DNA of 64,000 bases, taken from positions 44,497-108,496 of the forward strand of contig JAEWFD010000045.1 in assembly GCA_023388995.1 (NCBI GenBank). Reading direction: 5' to 3'. Within the stretch, counting starts at the first letter, position 1. Every line of letters starts with the position of its first letter. The stretch comes from Bacillota bacterium (GTDB lineage: Bacteria > Bacillota_I > Bacilli_A > Erysipelotrichales > Erysipelotrichaceae). The notes below the pieces were generated by a model that searched no databases, had not been told where the DNA came from, and saw nothing but the letters and a program-made list of their open reading frames with translations. Positions 1 to 9,836 of this stretch are shown here, in pieces. The position numbers and the translations under genes were made by a program.

Positions 1-391
1 GTGAACGTTTAAACTGCAGAATAATCAGCTCATCTTCAAAGCAGAATAGCACTTCTTCGATGCTTGCAAGATAAATCACCGTGCCTGGCTTTCTGATCAA
101 ACGCTGATTAATCATTTCCAAAATTACTTCTTCACCTTCATATTGCATGGTCAGGCGAGATTCATTGAGGGATAGTATTTCACTGCGGGCTACCAGTTCT
201 TGCAGCTGCATAATGCCATGCAGATCATGCATCAAAAACAGCGAGGGCTGTTGTATGAAAAGGCGCAGCGCTGATGTCATCAACATCGTACAGAAACTAA
301 CCACAAATACGGCGAGCATCACTTCCATGGAGATGTAAGCGCCTCGATTAGGCAGCGGTCCCGGCAGCCTTCTTCGTTGAGTTTCCACCAT
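1..391 (-). CDS. comGF: ComGF-like minor pseudopilin; C-terminus runs off the window edge
   Basis: Hand translation of the minus strand from ATG 389-391 gives MVETQRRRLPGPLPNRGAYISMEVMLAVFVVSFCTML..., open to position 1. It has a hydrophobic prepilin-like N-terminus and is last in the comGA-to-GF order. It is absent from the ORF track because no stop lies in the window. Confidence 0.45.
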   Translation of the reverse strand, partial: MVETQRRRLPGPLPNRGAYISMEVMLAVFVVSFCTMLMTSALRLFIQQPSLFLMHDLHGIMQLQELVARSEILSLNESRLTMQYEGEEVILEMINQRLIRKPGTVIYLASIEEVLFCFEDELIILQFKRS

Positions 392-561
392 TCATATTCC
401 TTTCCTTGCCATACTTGCTGCTGTTTTTCCAGATACTGGGCAGCCTTATTCGTGACTGTTTTATGGCCGGCGATGAGAGCCACCAGAAGAAGCACCACAC
501 AAAGGGCTAATAACGCATCAATGAGAATCATGCCGGAGTTTGCCGATCTCAAACATGCCAC
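319..561 (-). CDS. comGE: ComGE-like minor pseudopilin
   Basis: An 80-aa ORF with a prepilin-like segment (SANSG/MILIDALLALCVVLLLVAL). Its position between comGD and comGF and the overlapping gene arrangement are typical of comG operons. Confidence 0.4.
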   Translation of the reverse strand: MACLRSANSGMILIDALLALCVVLLLVALIAGHKTVTNKAAQYLEKQQQVWQGKEYEWWKLNEEGCRDRCLIEALTSPWK

Positions 562-943
562 CTCCCAGCCATATTGTCAGAGTAAGCTGATCGTTTTTTG
601 TATAAAAAAGAAGCGTAGCTGCCCGATTCACATTACCATGCTCATTGTAAGAAATCGTTTCCGGATTTTGCAGCAAAACAGATCCGAAGTAAGGATATAT
701 TTTTTCATTCAATCTGATCTGCTCATGATTCAGTTCCACCGTCACAGTCTGCTGCATCAATAAGCTCTGATTCTTTGCTTCCGCAAGCAAATCGCCTGCC
801 AGCTGAACACTTTTCAGCAATGCCTGCCGCTGCATTTGCCTTGCAATCATGGACCCTGCAAATGTACCCAATACACCTAAGAACGCAAATGCCAGCAGCA
901 ACTCCATTACGGTGTAGCCGCTACTGCCGGATTGCTTGTCCAT
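518..943 (-). CDS. comGD: ComGD-like pseudopilin
   Basis: The N-terminus SSG/YTVMELLLAFAFLGVL matches the prepilin cleavage motif with Glu at +5. The gene follows comGC. Confidence 0.6.
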   Translation of the reverse strand: MDKQSGSSGYTVMELLLAFAFLGVLGTFAGSMIARQMQRQALLKSVQLAGDLLAEAKNQSLLMQQTVTVELNHEQIRLNEKIYPYFGSVLLQNPETISYNEHGNVNRAATLLFYTKNDQLTLTIWLGGGMFEIGKLRHDSH

Positions 944-1223
944 CTACAATCACAATCTCTTCATTGCCGGGGCACTTCATTTGCTGCTCCTTGATTAAGC
1001 CAAGATCAAGGAGATCCTCCATTGATTGCGGTATTTCCCCCGTTTCCAGTTCATATTGAATAATATTGCTGTTGATCACATCGACCAATGAATCACAGCC
1101 TTTCTCTCGAATCATAGCTAGTCTTCGCTGAATATTGGGTAATGTCAGAAGAAAGATCAATGAAATAATCGATAATACAATCAGCATTTCTAAAATTGTG
1201 AATCCTGCTTGTTTTTCTTTCAT
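921..1223 (-). CDS. comGC: Competence major pseudopilin ComGC
   Basis: MKEKQAG/FTILEMLIVLSIISL is a classic type IV prepilin leader with G-F-T-x-x-E. The protein is about 100 aa and lies downstream of comGB. Confidence 0.8.
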   Translation of the reverse strand: MKEKQAGFTILEMLIVLSIISLIFLLTLPNIQRRLAMIREKGCDSLVDVINSNIIQYELETGEIPQSMEDLLDLGLIKEQQMKCPGNEEIVIVDGQAIRQ

Positions 1224-1232
1224 AATAGCTCC

Positions 1233-2333
1233 TTATAGCTGTGCCAGCAGATCCAGCGGTGCAAATAATACTTGAGTGATGATCAATACAATTACAGCAA
1301 CACTGCCATACGCTACAATTTGCATGATCCGCACAAAGCGCTTCTGATATCGTTCCAGCTGCTGTTTGGAACGTGTAATAAAAGCATGAAGATAGTCTTC
1401 CAGCTGCTGTGTCCGGCTGCCAATTTCAAAACAAAGACATAAGTTGCTGCTTAACATCTGACTTTCCCGGATTGCATCAGGAAGTGATACACCTGAAAGA
1501 AGCGCCTCATCAATTCGCAGCGCACATTCCATCGACAACGGACGATGACGCATCTGCTTCAAAAAACTGATGGCATCCAACGTAGATTGTCCCTTGCAGG
1601 CCAGCCAATAGCCCGCAAAGATCATGCTATGAAAAAATTTAAAGGGATGTTCCGGCGCATAACGATTGCACCACATAAAGCATGCCAGCTGTTTTTCTTT
1701 GGTAAAACAATATATCCAAAGACAACTCGCAAGGATAACAAGAACCACAGCTGCACCTAAAAAAAGCAGCAAGCCTGCAGATGCGTTTCGCAGCAGAACA
1801 TGTCCTGTTAATCCCATCGCTTCCATCAGCTGGATCATCATAGGCAGCACATATCCAACCATCACTGCGATGCAAGACATTGAAACTGCAAAAATGAAAA
1901 GAGGATAAGCGATTGCTTGCCAGAACTGGTCCTTCAATGTCTTTTCATATTCATACATGGCAATGCTTTGATGCAAAGCCTGCGCAACTTCGCAATATTG
2001 CAAAAAGAACTGAAAATGAAGATTCAAATTAGGAATATCAATCAAATGATCACCAAGCGGGCTGCCACTTGACAATTCGCTCCGAAGCGCTGCTATCCGC
2101 TTCTGGGTGCGGCTGGCAGCGATAATGCTTAAACACGCATCCAAATCATGACCGCAATCCAACAGCCTGGCAATTGCTGCATAATCATCGATTGTAAAGC
2201 TGTTCCTTGTTTGCTTCCGTCTTTGTGATTTGTTTTTGAAGAACTGCTTTCGCCATAATGTCATCCAGCCGTTCGTGGCTTGCAGTGCTCCCTTGCATGT
2301 ATTGCTGTATTTGCTCCCGCTCCATAATTTCAT
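1233..2333 (-). CDS. comGB: Competence pseudopilus platform protein ComGB (GspF family)
   Basis: A polytopic membrane protein with GspF-like repeats, directly after comGA. ATG 2331-2333 is preceded by AGGAAGGTG. An alternative ATG lies at 2262-2264. Either start overlaps comGA. Confidence 0.75.
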   Translation of the reverse strand: MKLWSGSKYSNTCKGALQATNGWMTLWRKQFFKNKSQRRKQTRNSFTIDDYAAIARLLDCGHDLDACLSIIAASRTQKRIAALRSELSSGSPLGDHLIDIPNLNLHFQFFLQYCEVAQALHQSIAMYEYEKTLKDQFWQAIAYPLFIFAVSMSCIAVMVGYVLPMMIQLMEAMGLTGHVLLRNASAGLLLFLGAAVVLVILASCLWIYCFTKEKQLACFMWCNRYAPEHPFKFFHSMIFAGYWLACKGQSTLDAISFLKQMRHRPLSMECALRIDEALLSGVSLPDAIRESQMLSSNLCLCFEIGSRTQQLEDYLHAFITRSKQQLERYQKRFVRIMQIVAYGSVAVIVLIITQVLFAPLDLLAQL

Positions 2334-3171
2334 AGATACACACCTTCCTGTTTTTTGTTCTTCCTTTCAGAATGCGCTGGCTTGTGATGCAAAGCAATGT
2401 TTGCTCCAAATCAGTCCTGCTGACACCAAGTTCCTGCATCCGCGCAATTACCCCTTCACAATCGGTTGCATGAATGCTGCTTAGCACCAAATGTCCCGTC
2501 AATGCACCGCGAATTACCAAATGGGCAGTTTTTTCATCGCGAATCTCCCCTACCATTATCACATCCGGATCATGCCGCAGAATCTGCTTCAAAGCCTCTT
2601 CATACGTCAGCTGCCGCTGCTCATTCACCTGAATTTGAATCAAACCCTCTTGATACATCTCAATAGGATCTTCCAGCGTCATAATATTGCGCTGCATCGT
2701 TGCCCTGATATAAGCCAAAAGTGCATATAAAGTCGTTGTCTTCCCGCAGCCAGTCGGACCGCTCAGCAAGATCAGCCCTTGCGGCGCTGCCGCAACTTGC
2801 TTAAACTTTTGATTTTGATACGAGAGGAAACTAAGCTCATCCAGCTGTATCCGCAATGCATGATTCAAAATACGCAGCACGCCTGTTTCTATCCGATTTG
2901 TTGTCAGGTATGAAAAACGCAATGATACAACCTGCTGATCAATCCTGCACTCCAGCTGACCCGTTTGCGGCAAGCTGCTAAAAGATAGATCCAGTCCTGC
3001 CTTATACCGCAAAAAAGCAATGAAACGAGCCTCACAAGGAATATCACATGGAAATAACCCCGCAGGTTTGCGCATGGATACCACTACAGCTTTTTCTTTT
3101 ACTACAAAATGGATATCACTAACCTGTTCTTTCAAAGCCACTTGAAGCAACTGCTTGAGATATGCTTCCAT
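2185..3171 (-). CDS. comGA: Competence pseudopilus ATPase ComGA (GspE/PilB family)
   Basis: Walker A motif LSGPTGCGKTT, GspE-type Asp/His boxes (VGEIRD ... HLVLSSIHA), first gene of the comG cluster. Confidence 0.9.
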   Translation of the reverse strand: MEAYLKQLLQVALKEQVSDIHFVVKEKAVVVSMRKPAGLFPCDIPCEARFIAFLRYKAGLDLSFSSLPQTGQLECRIDQQVVSLRFSYLTTNRIETGVLRILNHALRIQLDELSFLSYQNQKFKQVAAAPQGLILLSGPTGCGKTTTLYALLAYIRATMQRNIMTLEDPIEMYQEGLIQIQVNEQRQLTYEEALKQILRHDPDVIMVGEIRDEKTAHLVIRGALTGHLVLSSIHATDCEGVIARMQELGVSRTDLEQTLLCITSQRILKGRTKNRKVCIYEIMEREQIQQYMQGSTASHERLDDIMAKAVLQKQITKTEANKEQLYNR

Positions 3172-3216
3172 ACCCTACCCTCCATTCTGTTGTATGGAAA
3201 CAAAGCCCCAAAATCC

Positions 3217-3247
3217 TAAAAAAAAATCTATTCCCTCGGGGAATAGA
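3217..3247 (-). terminator. Rho-independent terminator after the MBL hydrolase gene
   Basis: On the minus strand: tctattccc-cga-gggaataga (9-bp stem) followed by a run of 9-10 T, immediately after the stop codon at 3248. Confidence 0.8.
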
Positions 3248-3856
3248 TCAGCGTCCTAAATATGGATTATATTGCAATTCGTGCTTCAGTGTTGTACTTT
3301 CTTCATGACCCGGATACACAATCAGCTCAGGGTCTAATGTTGCGATCATCCGCAACGTATTCTTCATCTTCGAGGGGTTGGAAGTATCCAAATCAGTTCT
3401 TCCAATGTCCTCTAAAAACAAAACATCTCCGCTAAATAACTGACCACGATAGATCATCATCATACAACCCTCTGTATGACCAGGAGCATGGATGAATTCC
3501 ACATCAAAGCCATGCAAATTCATTTTTCCTTCCGTCACAAAATGAATGGGACTGGAAATATGGATCCGATGGGTCGCTCTGCTCACTTTGCTCGGCTGGC
3601 TGACAAGTTCATGATCATCTTCATGCATATAAACAGGAATCTGATAGTGGCGATGCAGTTCATCCACAGCTCCGATATGGTCGAAATGACCATGTGTCAG
3701 AACAATTGCTGCCGGCACAATTTCTTCTTTTTCCAAAAAAGCCATAATACGTTCTGCCTTGGCACCTGGATCTATAATTAAAGCACGCTTTGCATCATCT
3801 TCCACAATATAACAATTGGTTTGCAGCATCCCTAATGCTATTGTTGTTGTTCTCAT
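3248..3856 (-). CDS. MBL-fold metallo-hydrolase (glyoxalase II-like)
   Basis: THGHFDHIG metal-binding motif, later HAPGHTEG and D/H residues, about 200 aa. Confidence 0.8.
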   Translation of the reverse strand: MRTTTIALGMLQTNCYIVEDDAKRALIIDPGAKAERIMAFLEKEEIVPAAIVLTHGHFDHIGAVDELHRHYQIPVYMHEDDHELVSQPSKVSRATHRIHISSPIHFVTEGKMNLHGFDVEFIHAPGHTEGCMMMIYRGQLFSGDVLFLEDIGRTDLDTSNPSKMKNTLRMIATLDPELIVYPGHEESTTLKHELQYNPYLGR

Positions 3857-3891
3857 AGCAGCTGTTTATAAAAAAAGCCCACCGGCTTCTT

Positions 3892-4041
3892 TTACTTCTT
3901 CTCCTTATGAGTAGTTTGTTTATTGCAACGTGGGCAGTATTTTTTTATTTCCATTTTTTCTGGATGTTTGCGTTTGTTACGTGTTCCGATGTAATTTTGC
4001 TCAGCACAAACTGTACATTGAAATGTCAATTTATCTCTCAT
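3892..4041 (-). CDS. rpmG: 50S ribosomal protein L33
   Basis: MRDKLTFQCTVCAEQNYIGTRNKRKHPEKMEIKKYCPRCNKQTTHKEKK has the two CxxC pairs typical of L33. GGAGGAG lies 6 nt upstream of ATG 4039-4041. The ORF-track N-terminal extension is rejected. Confidence 0.9.
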   Translation of the reverse strand: MRDKLTFQCTVCAEQNYIGTRNKRKHPEKMEIKKYCPRCNKQTTHKEKK

Positions 4042-4262
4042 GGTTGCTCCTCCTAAATCATGCTCGCAAATTATATCATAAAACAATTATAAATACTAGT
4101 ATCAAAAAACAGAACTTATCATTACGGAAGCTAAATATAATCCTGTCAGCCAAGCAAGATTATTCCTGTTTTTCAACAAAAAGATCAATCATTGCAATGC
4201 CTTCCGCTGAGCAATGCAGCTATTTCTCAAAAGACTGCAAGAAAGCAATACCACTGATCTGT

Positions 4263-6083
4263 TTATGAACTAGGAATTTTCAGTATTTGGCCAACAACCA
4301 GAACATCACTTGTTAGCTTATTCAAAGCCTTGATGGCAGCAACGGTTGTATGAAACCTTTGAGCAAGCAGCCAAAGAGTATCCCCAGATCGAACGGTATG
4401 CAAAACACTTGGTGCAGATTCAGCAGCCGGAATAAGCAGCTTTTGCCCGATCATTAAGACATCACTTGTCAGGCTGTTCAAAGCCTTGATGGCAGCAACA
4501 GTTGTATGAAATCTCTGCGCTAGCAGCCAAAGGGTATCCCCGGGTTGTACAATGTATTCGATAACCTCGGGTTCCGGGCTTGGAGCATTATCCCTGATCC
4601 CCCAATACGTATCATACAGTGCCCCCCAGGTAGATGGTCCTACAATGCCATCGGCCTGAAGTCCCATCATCTGCTGAAATGCTATTACGGCTTGTGCCGT
4701 GTTGCTGCCAAAAATACCATCCTGCATCACGGGCGGTATCACAGGGTAGTACTCACTGATAAAACTTAAAATATACTGCAGGGTGATGACATCAACTCCG
4801 CTTGATCCTGCTCTTAGAATTGTATTTGGCGGCACAGTCCCGATTCCCAGCGCAGTTCCTTCACTGTCGAGATCGGCTAATTTAGCCACAGCAACATAAA
4901 TAGCCGAGATTTTATTCCATGTAGCCTTTCCAACCACACCATCGACGGCAAGACCAAAAATTCTTTGGAATTCCTTTACGGCAGCTTGCGTCCTGGTGCC
5001 AAACACCCCCGGATCATCGGTAATCAAGGGAATTGCCGGGTAGTTTTTTCTGATTCGGTTTAAATACGTTTGAATCGTTTCTACAGCCAGGCCGGTACTT
5101 CCCAAACGCAACGTCGTGCCGGGAAAAGACTCTACAATACCGGTAATAATATTTGTCTCCGAAAGCTCGATGTCATCCGGATAATAATGCCGCAATATCT
5201 GCAACGCGGACTGCCCCTAATCAGCAAGGGTTACTGTGCCCCACTGTGAAAGACCATTGCAAGTTACAGTCGTACCATTGCAGAAAGAAGTGAAGAAAGG
5301 CGCAATCTGTCCTTGCCTGCGCACATATTGGTTGAAGATTTCATCGACTATTTTACTAATGGATTCGTAAATCGTACGACCATATTGAAAAGCCTGATCA
5401 TAAGCAGTGCTGTTTGTGATGTCAAAATGATACCCGCGGTTGCGGTACCACTGGGTAAACACCCTGTTCAGAGCAAATGTAATGATAGCATAAATATTTG
5501 CTTCCAAAGATGCCTGCGGCCAAGTTGGGTAAATTTCGCTGCTGGCCACATTCTTAATGTAATCGGTGAAAGATACTTGTACATTGGAAGCAGATGAATT
5601 AGGAGTACCCAGATGCACGGTAATGGGATTTGGAATAACAACCTGCCGCATAATAAACGGTTCAATGAAGGGCCCTATTTGATTGCGCGGCTCATTCAAT
5701 GCCACCGCATGTCTTCCAAATTGCAATTCCTGAAGAAACGGTTTAGCCTGGTTTTTTAACATAGGCAATAGCAGCAATGGCTGGATTGCATTTTCACCAT
5801 CAAAGATTTGCACATTTTTAATATGCAGGATGTTAAATCCTTCCGCTTCTGCCAATATCTCATAAGCTGCATAAGGAATGCCTGCAAAGCTAGGATCCAA
5901 AGATAAGCTGCGATCCAAAGCATCCAAGGTAATCTGCTTGGTTTCACCATTTTCATCTGTTGTTAGATCATAAAGAACAGCTCCTTCCTGATTATTGACT
6001 ATCACCCGAACCCCGCTTAATGGCTGTGCACCATCAGCTGTACGAGCATATAACATTAAGTTTCCTTTCGACATTTGTTTCAT
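4263..6083 (-). pseudogene. sleC: SleC-like spore cortex-lytic enzyme (CarboxypepD_reg-like N-domain, SleC catalytic region, 2x PG_binding_1, 2x LysM), interrupted by an in-frame TAG at 5217-5219
   Basis: ORFs 5217..6209 and 4263..5204 are in the same frame (5219-5204=15). The reading is ...GLSQWGTVTLAD-TAG-GQSA-(TTG)QILRHYYPDDIEL. The likely true start is ATG 6081-6083, preceded by GGAGGGGG. The motif block VASSEIYPTWP...ITNSTAYDQAF...CNGLSQWGT...ILRHYY is as I recall for clostridial SleC. Confidence 0.7.
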
Positions 6084-6229
6084 CCCCCTCCATTGCCGTA
6101 TGCATACTATCATTATCTGCTGTTTCTTAGTTAATGGTATTCTGCAGATCACAGCGGTATGCTTAAACAATAGCAAAGCGAAGAGCAGCAATTGCAAACA
6201 AAAAATCAAGCATTTTCCGGCAGTGCTAA

Positions 6230-6257
6230 CAAAAACAGCTCTTTAAAGAAAGCTGTC
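6230..6257 (-). terminator. Putative terminator after the PBP gene
   Basis: On the minus strand: acagct-(10 nt loop)-agctgt followed by TTTTT. The stem is short. Confidence 0.45.
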
Positions 6258-6272
6258 TTTGGTTATCATTTA

Positions 6273-8411
6273 TTATTTTGGATGACGGTTAAAATAGGCT
6301 TGCAATGCATCTGCAGTAATCTTCTGACAGATATTGATCTGGCTTTTATCAATCCAGGCATTTGGTGCCGCACAAGCCATTGCAACGCGAGGTTTCTCAT
6401 ACGGGCCATATGCTACAAACGTAGAGTTTGGCGCTGATACATACTCTACACTGCCATCCGCATTGGTAATTTTCTTCCGTGCTTCGGCAGTTCCTGACTT
6501 CGCAGCCACCGGCTGACTTACCTGATTTAAATACGTTGCACAATAGCCTGTTGTAACACACTCCCGAAACCCTTGCTGAATGCGCTGCAAACTCTTCTTG
6601 CCTTCCAGAACACTCAGTACCTGCGGCCGATTTTCATACACAACATGATCCGTTCCCGTTTCATATGCCTCTAATAAGAATCTTGGCTGTACTTTGGTGC
6701 CGTTGTTGGCAATGGTCGCAACATATTGTGCCAATTCAATGGTGGTGTAGTTGTCATACTGCCCAATGGCAAAGTCCAGCAAATGTCCCGGTGATGCTTG
6801 CGAAATATCACCAAGATAGCCAATTGTTTCGCCTGGTACGTCAATTCCTGTAATCATCCCTAAGCCAAACTTGCTGAAATAGTTGCGAATTGTTTGGAAG
6901 GACTGCGTATTGCGCAGCAACAAAGCACCATTCGGCACATAGTTTGCCTTTCCCAGACGCATGGCAATGCGGAACATATAAACATTGCTGGACCATTTCA
7001 AGGCATCAATATCGCTGATATTCCCCATATTCCGCCATGATTTTTTCACCGGTGTTGCCAGCAGGTAAATCGGTTCATCCAGCAAGATCTCCCCTTGCCT
7101 CACCAAACCCTCTTCAAAGCCCATATACATGGTAGCACCTTTGACAACACTTCCCGCTTCCAAACCAGCCCAGATCGTATTCTCGGGATTATCGGAAATC
7201 GTCTTATCCTCATTCAAATGCTTCCCTACCATACTTAATACATCACCGGTAACAACATCCAGCATCACAACATAAATATTTTCTAACTCCCGGCGATATT
7301 GATTTTGACTCGCTTCCTTCAATGCAGCCTCCACAATGCGTTCTACATCCAGCTGCAAACCAATATCAACAGACAGCTTTAGATCATTGCCCTTTTTGCC
7401 CGGCTCGATTTCACTTACGATCGGAAGCCCCGTCATTTTGTCATATTCCTGATTCAAAACCGAATTGGTTCCTTTCAGCAAATACTCATATTGCAGTTCC
7501 AATCCGCTTTGGCCAACACGTGTATTGCGGGAATACCCCTTCGCTAAATACAGGCCGGATAAATTAGCAGGCAATCCTTGCTTGCTTGTAGATACTTTTC
7601 CAAAGATAGAGCGCAATGTTGCATCATACAAGTAATTCCGCTTCCAGTCACTGGAAACATCAAAACCTCTGAATATTTCCTTATTCTCCATCAGATAGGA
7701 AGCCTCATCGAAAGTCATATCCTCTTTGATAGTTTTCGGCTGATTGCTGGTCGGCATATCCATTGCCATTTTAACGATTGATGCCTTCAGATCAATGTCA
7801 TCCATGCCGGCATACACGTCTTCGCTAATCCGCTCCATCTTGAACTCATAGATATCCATGTCATCCAGTTCCTTGGCATTGTACAGACTCCATTCTGCTT
7901 CGGTAATCAAGGCATTGCTTTCCTTGGGATATAATTTCAGATATGCATCCTTGCGCTCTCTGATCGTCAGTTTATCAATCGGAATTTCGAATGTTTCCGC
8001 AACTTTTCGTGCCAATTCCCATTCTTCCGTTTCGCTGATATTCTTTAATGGTGTATAAATCATATTCAACAATGATACATTCTCAACCATCAACTTGCCG
8101 TTGCGGTCATACATCTGACCTCTGGGCGGAGAAATACGCTGATAACTCCGCGTATAATTTTCCAGTTTAAACTGATATTCTTCTTGCTGGTATACTTGCA
8201 CACGAACCAATTGAAAGGCAATCGCTACAAAAAAACATAGCATGAAAGCGGCTAAGATCATGAGCCGTTGATTTGCGATTTTCATGAAGTTCGTTGCTTT
8301 TTTCAGAATTTCACTGCTGCCACTCCAGCGGATCATATCCTTTTGGAATTTGACTGCCCGCGGTTTCAGTAACGTTTTTTTCGGTTCCATCACATCCAAG
8401 CCTTTCTGCAT
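6273..8411 (-). CDS. Class B penicillin-binding protein (PBP2B/SpoVD-like transpeptidase)
   Basis: N-terminal TM anchor plus the SxxK (SVVK), SxN (SSN) and KSG(T) transpeptidase motifs. 712 aa. Confidence 0.9.
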   Translation of the reverse strand: MQKGLDVMEPKKTLLKPRAVKFQKDMIRWSGSSEILKKATNFMKIANQRLMILAAFMLCFFVAIAFQLVRVQVYQQEEYQFKLENYTRSYQRISPPRGQMYDRNGKLMVENVSLLNMIYTPLKNISETEEWELARKVAETFEIPIDKLTIRERKDAYLKLYPKESNALITEAEWSLYNAKELDDMDIYEFKMERISEDVYAGMDDIDLKASIVKMAMDMPTSNQPKTIKEDMTFDEASYLMENKEIFRGFDVSSDWKRNYLYDATLRSIFGKVSTSKQGLPANLSGLYLAKGYSRNTRVGQSGLELQYEYLLKGTNSVLNQEYDKMTGLPIVSEIEPGKKGNDLKLSVDIGLQLDVERIVEAALKEASQNQYRRELENIYVVMLDVVTGDVLSMVGKHLNEDKTISDNPENTIWAGLEAGSVVKGATMYMGFEEGLVRQGEILLDEPIYLLATPVKKSWRNMGNISDIDALKWSSNVYMFRIAMRLGKANYVPNGALLLRNTQSFQTIRNYFSKFGLGMITGIDVPGETIGYLGDISQASPGHLLDFAIGQYDNYTTIELAQYVATIANNGTKVQPRFLLEAYETGTDHVVYENRPQVLSVLEGKKSLQRIQQGFRECVTTGYCATYLNQVSQPVAAKSGTAEARKKITNADGSVEYVSAPNSTFVAYGPYEKPRVAMACAAPNAWIDKSQINICQKITADALQAYFNRHPK

Positions 8412-8468
8412 GTATCATTATACCCTATTTCCTTACGATTGTGATATAATTTTCATCGAGGTACGTAT

Positions 8469-9548
8469 ATGAACAGAAATCAAACGAGAGAATTACATGT
8501 CCGGGATCTAGTCATCGGACACCAAAATAAAGTCATTATTCAATCTATGACCAGCACTATGACCAAAGATGTGGATGCAACCGTCAAGCAGATTTTAGCC
8601 TTGGAACAAGCAGGCTGCCAGATGGTACGTATGGCCATCGTAGATGAAGAAGATGCCAGAGCTATCGCCCAGATTAAAGCCAGAACCCATATTCCGCTGG
8701 TTGCCGATATCCATTACCAATATCAGCTGGCCCTCTTAGCGATTGAGCATGGAATTGATAAGATCCGCATCAATCCGGGCAATATCGGAAAAAAAGAAAA
8801 CGTGCAGAAAGTCGTTGCAAAATGCAAGGAACGTAATATTCCCATTCGCATTGGAATTAATTCCGGCTCCATTGAAAAAGATCTGCTGGTAGACGGCGAA
8901 TATGTCACCAAAGAGGCGATGATCGAAAGTGCCCGCCGCCATGTCCAGATTTTAGAAGAAATGGATTTCCATGATATTTGCTTATCTTTCAAAGCCAGTG
9001 ACGTGAATCTGACAATTGATGTTTACCGCTTAGCAAGCACTGTCTTCCCTTATCCCTTACATCTTGGCGTCACCGAAGCAGGAACCTTCTTTACCAGCTC
9101 CATCAAAAGTGCCATTGCAATTGGCAGCTTGCTCCATGATGGGATCGGCGATACGATTCGTGTTTCTGTCAGCGATGAACCGGTAGAAGAAATTAAGATT
9201 GCGAAAGCTATCTTGCGTGCTTGCGACTTATCAGAAAATCAAGTCAATTTGATTTCCTGCCCAACTTGCGGACGTACTCAGTGGAATCTCATTCCGCTGG
9301 CGAAGAAAATGGAAGCCTATCTGGAAACAATTCCGCATAAAATTACGGTAGCGATTATGGGCTGTCCGGTGAATGGTCCCGGTGAAGCACGGCATGCCGA
9401 TCTTGGCATTGCTGGCGGCAAGGACGAAGGACTTTTATTCCGCAAGGGAAAGATTATCCGCAAAGTGAAAGTAGAAGAATTTGAAGCGGTGATCAAAGAG
9501 GAAATTGAACTTATTATCAAAGAAAAAGAGCAAGAAGCAAGCCACTAA
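8469..9548 (+). CDS. ispG: 4-hydroxy-3-methylbut-2-en-1-yl diphosphate synthase IspG (GcpE)
   Basis: RINPGNIG motif, C-terminal CPTCGR...GCPVNGPGE Fe-S cysteine cluster, 359 aa. Confidence 0.95.
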   Translation: MNRNQTRELHVRDLVIGHQNKVIIQSMTSTMTKDVDATVKQILALEQAGCQMVRMAIVDEEDARAIAQIKARTHIPLVADIHYQYQLALLAIEHGIDKIRINPGNIGKKENVQKVVAKCKERNIPIRIGINSGSIEKDLLVDGEYVTKEAMIESARRHVQILEEMDFHDICLSFKASDVNLTIDVYRLASTVFPYPLHLGVTEAGTFFTSSIKSAIAIGSLLHDGIGDTIRVSVSDEPVEEIKIAKAILRACDLSENQVNLISCPTCGRTQWNLIPLAKKMEAYLETIPHKITVAIMGCPVNGPGEARHADLGIAGGKDEGLLFRKGKIIRKVKVEEFEAVIKEEIELIIKEKEQEASH

Positions 9549-9605
9549 GAAAAACAATCACATTCCTGGTTTTGGTATCATATACTAACAAGGAGGTGAT
9601 TTTTT

Positions 9606-9836
9606 TTGTTCGAGCAAATTATCATGAATTTAGATCTCAATCAGGCCAAGAACTTTTTAAAAAGCCAGAACATCAACCTGAGCGACGAAGAAATCAAGTA
9701 TATGCTTCCGATTTTAAAACAACACGTACATGATCTGAAAGATCCAAAAAAAAGGCAGAGTATCATCAATTCCCTGCCTCCTAGTTATCAAGCGAAAGTC
9801 AATCAACTGCTGGCTCGCTATACTCATTATTTGTAA
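9606..9836 (+). CDS. Small YqfT-like protein (DUF2624-like)
   Basis: A 76-aa ORF with a TTG start 9 nt after AAGGAGGTGA. Its position next to nfo matches B. subtilis yqfT. Family assignment rests on synteny and size only. Confidence 0.45.
   Translation: MFEQIIMNLDLNQAKNFLKSQNINLSDEEIKYMLPILKQHVHDLKDPKKRQSIINSLPPSYQAKVNQLLARYTHYL

Noticed and set aside
147-338. Plus-strand 63-aa ORF at the window start
   Set aside because: It lies antisense to the comGF-like reading frame, has no SD, and has Cys/Ser-rich non-protein-like composition.
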